From Pseudobdellovibrionaceae bacterium (GTDB lineage Bacteria; Bdellovibrionota; Bdellovibrionia; Bdellovibrionales; UBA1609): a DNA stretch of 33,730 bases. Location of the stretch: contig JAUVAX010000028.1 in assembly GCA_030591685.1 (NCBI GenBank), positions 1 through 33,730 of the forward strand, read 5' to 3'. Positions 29,692-33,730 of this stretch are shown in pieces. Both the position numbers and the translations under genes were made by a program. Under the pieces are notes generated by a model. That model did no database searches, was not told where the DNA came from, and was given only the letters and a program-made list of their open reading frames with translations. How positions within the stretch are numbered: the stretch's first letter is position 1; every line of letters begins with the position of its first letter.

Positions 29692-29805
29692 TTTCAATTA
29701 CTTCAGCGCGGAACTTCGGCACCAGCTGAGCATATCACATTAAAAATTTTTACTCCGTCACCTTTTTTGCTTTAAAAGAGGTCATGGACCCTTAAAGGAG
29801 AGACA

Positions 29806-30168
29806 ATGAGCCCATCTAGTATAATAACTACTACTCTTGCTAGTCTTCTAGTTACATTTACTACTCATGCTGAAGAGCAAAAGCCCTCAATTGAAAAAAA
29901 TAAAATACACACAAAAATCCGAGAAAACATGAAGGACATAAGGTACTGCCAAAAAGCCTCTGACCCTAAAGCTTCTGGAAAGCTTGTTCTTGAGTGGGAA
30001 ATTCTCTCAAATGGTAAAGTTGGAGTAGTTAAGGTACTAAAATCGGTAGAAAGCTCCCTTGACGAATGTATCATCCAAAAGCTTAAAACCTGGACGTTTC
30101 AAAAGCCATCTAATGATACCACTATAAGAATCAAATACCCCATCGTATTCTCAAACTTCAAAGACTAA
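29806..30168 (+). CDS. Exported AgmX/PglI C-terminal (TonB-C-like) domain protein
   Basis: AAGGAG RBS, signal peptide, IRYCQ...GKLVLEWEILSNGKV...LDECIIQKLKTWTF.KP...IKYPIVF. Confidence 0.8.
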   Translation: MSPSSIITTTLASLLVTFTTHAEEQKPSIEKNKIHTKIRENMKDIRYCQKASDPKASGKLVLEWEILSNGKVGVVKVLKSVESSLDECIIQKLKTWTFQKPSNDTTIRIKYPIVFSNFKD

Positions 30169-30215
30169 CCCATACAAACTTCTTTTGAAAAAATGGTGGA
30201 GAAAAAATGGGAATG

Positions 30216-30325
30216 GGGACGGAGGCTAATTTGCTGCCCCAAGTTCCCCAATAATTATCTAAAATATTTAATCAAATTAAAGGCGTATGACCTTTAGATA
30301 GAAACTGAATTTATGCCTCCGTCCC
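30216..30325. repeat. ~110-bp palindromic repeat, copy 1 (MITE/REP-like)
   Basis: Perfect 11-bp terminal inverted repeat GGGACGGAGGC / GCCTCCGTCCC; inner stems TATCTAAA/TTTAGATA and TTTAAT/ATTAAA. Confidence 0.9.
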
Positions 30326-30457
30326 TGGATTTGGTCCCTGGATTTGTTTTCAGCAATTAGCAGTAAATAGCTTCATGGTATTTGTTATACAAATCTCTGA
30401 TTTATGTAGCGTAGGTAGATTGGTACAGTCTAATATTGAAATTTACGGTTAAATACT

Positions 30458-30485
30458 TAAACTATATAGGGCTAAAAACCGATAA
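30458..30485 (+). promoter_or_regulatory. Putative sigma-28 (FliA)-like promoter
   Basis: TAAA-N16-ACCGATAA upstream of the 30512 ORF. Confidence 0.4.
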
Positions 30486-30511
30486 ACAGTTATAATAATA
30501 AAGTAGTTTTT

Positions 30512-31729
30512 GTGTTCACCAACAAGATGAAAACCAGTTGTACTGGAGTTCAAGTGAGTTTAAAGAAAGTCTATCTTCCGCTGTTTTCCATTATCGTTTT
30601 AACGATGGTCTTCTCATTTTTTCAAAACTGTCAGTCAATTTCCCCTTCTCTCCCCTCGACGCAAGAAAGTTTAAATCTCACTTATAGTAAAATAGACGTA
30701 GACAACGAAGGGCATCCGTTTAAAACCGCCTTTAATGGTCGGTTTGATCCAAGTATTACCTACGATGATGCTGGTATTGGTTGGATGGTCTACTCCAGTG
30801 TTGGCGGGGGAAGAGATCCATTTGGTCCTTATATTCAAACAGAGCTAGCAAAAAGTAATGATAATGGAAAAACATGGGCGTGGGTTCAAACTATTAACCC
30901 CGCATATGATGATTCCTTTAATCCACCAAACGGGCCACTATTAGAAGGAAACTGGAACTATGAGGTATCAACAATTACCTATAGCCCAAGTGACCCAGTT
31001 AACAAATGGAAAATACTTTCCCATAAATTGTTTGCCCCTCAGGATACGGGTCATAATGATCCCAGGTACTCGTGGATAATTTACAAAGAGGCTCCCACTC
31101 CTAACGGACCATGGTCAGCAGAGAGAGCCTTATTCAAGGCTGACTTTGCTCCGTTAGAGCCCTTTAATGATGTACCCGAAATAAATTTAAATGATTTATA
31201 TCAGGGGTCAGAGGATATAGTTGCTTACTCTGAACCAGGTTTGATAGATTTTAATGGCAAGCTGTACTTGAATATCACTGCTTTATCTGCTGATGGTCCT
31301 AGTAAAATCCTTTTACTTAATTCTGAAGATCATGGTCAAAACTGGAATTTTATAGGAGTACTTACAGATATTGAAGATGCAGAAAAACTTGGATACAGAG
31401 CCCTTGATGGGTCAGCTTTAGTTATTGGAAAGAACAACGTCATTTACTTTTTAATAGCTCCAATTCTAGAAGGAAGTACATTTGTTCATGACGGAACTTT
31501 AGTAGTTAAAGTTCTTGATATTAATCAAGCTAATCTAAGCCGTGATAGTAACGGAAAACTTATAGTTGAACGTCATATATTTGCAAATCCAGATATATTT
31601 AGTGGTAATGGTGCCGGCCAATCCACATATCACTATAAAAATATTAATGGAGGCTTAATTATGTCTCAAATGCACATAGATAATCATCCAGAAGTTTTCA
31701 AGATATTTAATACAAAAATTAATTTTTAA
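30512..31729 (+). CDS. Lipoprotein with Asp-box (BNR) repeats, sialidase-like beta-propeller
   Basis: FFQNC lipobox-type motif; Asp-boxes SNDNGKTW and SEDHGQNW; RFDPSI and YSEPG blade motifs. True start may be a downstream GTG/ATG. Confidence 0.75.
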   Translation: MFTNKMKTSCTGVQVSLKKVYLPLFSIIVLTMVFSFFQNCQSISPSLPSTQESLNLTYSKIDVDNEGHPFKTAFNGRFDPSITYDDAGIGWMVYSSVGGGRDPFGPYIQTELAKSNDNGKTWAWVQTINPAYDDSFNPPNGPLLEGNWNYEVSTITYSPSDPVNKWKILSHKLFAPQDTGHNDPRYSWIIYKEAPTPNGPWSAERALFKADFAPLEPFNDVPEINLNDLYQGSEDIVAYSEPGLIDFNGKLYLNITALSADGPSKILLLNSEDHGQNWNFIGVLTDIEDAEKLGYRALDGSALVIGKNNVIYFLIAPILEGSTFVHDGTLVVKVLDINQANLSRDSNGKLIVERHIFANPDIFSGNGAGQSTYHYKNINGGLIMSQMHIDNHPEVFKIFNTKINF

Positions 31730-31732
31730 AAT

Positions 31733-31848
31733 AATGGGCACGGAGCCCTGTTCGCTGCCCCAACTCTTCAATGGTCATATAAAATAATTGATAAATTAAA
31801 GGTTCACAGCTTTTATATACAAACTAATTTTGTGGCTCTTTCCCCATT
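31733..31848. repeat. ~110-bp palindromic repeat, copy 2 (diverged)
   Basis: Colinear with copy 1; ends AATGGGCACGGAGCC / GGCTCTTTCCCCATT (12 of 15 complementary); inner stem ATATAAAA/TTTTATAT. Confidence 0.8.
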
Positions 31849-31925
31849 TTTCACAAAAGCAGTCAAAATTTTCTATACTTAGTCACGTTTTCCTTGGATA
31901 ATATCCATCTAACCAAGGACACTTT

Positions 31926-33128
31926 ATGATCGAGCCTAGAACGGGCAACACCCTGACATGTCAAACAGACGAAGCTGCAAATCATTATAACCGAGCCATC
32001 GATTTTATCCTAGGCTCCCAAACAGGTGCCAGTGATGAGCTAGATAAAAGCTTAGCTCTTGATAAAAACTTCGCTTTAGCTGCTGGGGCTCGTTATTTTC
32101 TCGCCAAAGACAATAAAGATCCCAATGCAAATACGTATAAACAGCAGGCACAAAAAGCAGCGCTTGATGCTACTGAATGGGAAAAAAACCATATAGCGAT
32201 GCTTTTTAATTTAATAGAAAACCCGGGCGAATCTCTTATTGATGCGAATCAATATTTAAAAGATTATCCAGGTGATCTTTTCCTGGCCTCTCAGTTAGCT
32301 GGTTATCATTTCTTTTATGGTGGCTCAAAAAAGCTCGACACCTTAGTTGAAATTTTTAATTCAATTAAGCCCACCCTAAAAGACGACTGGGCCTTTCTTG
32401 TTCGTCTTGGATTTGCCACCAGTGAGAAAGGTGATCGCAAACAAGGGCTCGAGTTTATTGAAAGATCTTTGGAGCTTCGTCCAGAATCACTTTACACCAT
32501 TCACGCTTTGGCCCACAACTTACACGATGACGGTAAACCCGAAGAATCAGCCACACTTTTACAAAACTGGCTTAATCAACACGATGACAATGCTAAAAAT
32601 GGTCAATTATACGGACATGTACAGTGGCACCTCACTTTAGCTCAATGGCAAAATGGGCAAAGAGACGACGCTCTCGAGAGATACCAAACATACTCTGCTC
32701 CAAAAACCACAACCTGCGGACCCGTTCTTACACTTGCGGATGCTGGAGGTTTTCTCTTAAGAGACTTTTTAAAAACACAAAAGAGCTCTCCACTATCAAA
32801 CGGTGATTTTGAATTAATTGATCATCTCTTTACAATGCTAACTCATCCCTTTATTGCCCTCCACATAGCAGGGCTCTATACCTCAGCTACTGATTTAGAG
32901 GGAATTAAAAAATGTGAAGACAAGCTTGTAACAAGTGAACCTGGGAGAAATAGAGACCTTTCTCTTTCACTCGTTACGGCCTTAAAACAATTCACGCTAG
33001 AAGACTACCAAGCTGCAACTAATACCCTTTCGCAAATCTCTATGGCAAGTCGAATAGGTATCGGCGGAAGCAACGTCGAAAGGGAGCTAGTTGATTTAAT
33101 AGAGCAAAGCTGTAAAGAAAAACTTTAG
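31926..33128 (+). CDS. Tetratricopeptide repeat protein, TTC38-like
   Basis: AAGGA RBS, helical TPR-like repeats, motifs IHALAHNLH and HVQWHL typical of the TTC38 family. Confidence 0.75.
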   Translation: MIEPRTGNTLTCQTDEAANHYNRAIDFILGSQTGASDELDKSLALDKNFALAAGARYFLAKDNKDPNANTYKQQAQKAALDATEWEKNHIAMLFNLIENPGESLIDANQYLKDYPGDLFLASQLAGYHFFYGGSKKLDTLVEIFNSIKPTLKDDWAFLVRLGFATSEKGDRKQGLEFIERSLELRPESLYTIHALAHNLHDDGKPEESATLLQNWLNQHDDNAKNGQLYGHVQWHLTLAQWQNGQRDDALERYQTYSAPKTTTCGPVLTLADAGGFLLRDFLKTQKSSPLSNGDFELIDHLFTMLTHPFIALHIAGLYTSATDLEGIKKCEDKLVTSEPGRNRDLSLSLVTALKQFTLEDYQAATNTLSQISMASRIGIGGSNVERELVDLIEQSCKEKL

Positions 33129-33193
33129 TTAGTTCGGCGACTCTGCTTGCTAAATCAGAGATTTTTAGAGGGTAAATATTTTTTAAGATTTAA

Positions 33194-33298
33194 GGGACGG
33201 AGGCTGACTTGTTGTCCCAAGTTTCCCAATGATTATCTAAAATATTTAATAAAATTAAAAGCTTATGTCTTTTAGATGCAAACTGAATACGTGGCTCT
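33194..33298. repeat. ~110-bp palindromic repeat, copy 3 (right end missing)
   Basis: 82 of 95 positions identical to copy 1 without gaps (hand count); inner stem ATCTAAAA/TTTTAGAT; terminal GTCCC absent. Confidence 0.9.
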
Positions 33299-33364
33299 AA
33301 CAGCGGAGACTGTAGTTTTGGTGGCGGAAGCTCAGGCGGGGGTAGCGCTGGCGGCAGCTGGTAA
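33293..33364 (+). pseudogene. Orphan 3' end of a YgcG/TPM-domain-type gene
   Basis: Reads GSNSGDCSFGGGSSGGGSAGGSW-stop; no start codon and an in-frame TGA at 33284. Confidence 0.6.
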
Positions 33365-33606
33365 CTTTCTTATTCGAAGACGTCCAAAGTAGACTCACTA
33401 TCATGGTGAAAAATCTCTTTTATACGTAAGCTCGCCAAACATAATAACCTCAATCGACATCTGATCAGGCATTGATATTCTATTTCCAGAGGTCACCAAC
33501 TCACCCAAAACATAACCATATAACTGCGTGAGGTCAGTTAAATGGTGAAAATGCCTCGAAAGCGTCAAGTAAGGACTTTTTTTATTCAGACTGGGGCCTC
33601 GGGTAT

Positions 33607-33730
33607 CAATCTAGACCCCTATATACTCCGGACAAATTAAGTGGCAAAATGGTCTAGGAGGTCCAGGTGGCAAATAAACAGTATACAGATGAGTTTAAGG
33701 CTCAAATTCTTAAAGAAGTTAAGCAAATCC
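33607..33730 (+). mobile_element. Left end of an IS3-family insertion sequence (runs off the window)
   Basis: IRL-like CTAGACCCCTATATACTCCGGACA, then AGGAGG RBS and an OrfA-like frame. Exact end uncertain; canonical 5'-TG not seen. Confidence 0.65.
33667..33730 (+). CDS. IS3-family transposase OrfA, N-terminal fragment
   Basis: GTG start, MANKQYTDEFKAQILKEVKQI, matching the Y(T/S)xEFK HTH_Tnp_1 pattern. Confidence 0.7.
   Translation, partial: MANKQYTDEFKAQILKEVKQI

Noticed and set aside
30216..33298. Repeats as a CRISPR array or as integron attC sites
   Set aside because: Units are ~110 bp and separated by whole genes; no cas or intI gene in the window; no RYYYAAC...GTTRRRY ends.

Overview
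AT-rich bacterial window, most likely from a predatory Bdellovibrionota (inferred from an FQNC-type lipoprotein, an AgmX/PglI-like C-terminal domain protein, several outer-membrane beta-barrels and a deltaproteobacteria-like gene order). The centre (5.6-29 kb) is core chromosome, mostly on the - strand: rimP-nusA-infB-rbfA-truB-rpsO-pnp-M16 peptidase-dut and mutL-miaA-yicC-gmk-rpoZ-rel/spoT, plus envelope hypotheticals. The left end holds an atypical ClpA/ClpC-like double AAA+ protein, two secreted hypotheticals, and a LysR gene divergent from a structured non-coding stretch (candidate sRNA). The right end, after tRNA-Leu(CAA), is accessory: a truncated VOC gene, then three unrelated co-oriented genes, each followed by a copy of a ~110-bp palindromic repeat with compensatory substitutions. 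This resembles a gene-cassette array but has no attC sites and no recombinase in the window. Gene debris and the start of an IS3-family element follow. All calls come from reading the sequence only; no database searches were run.
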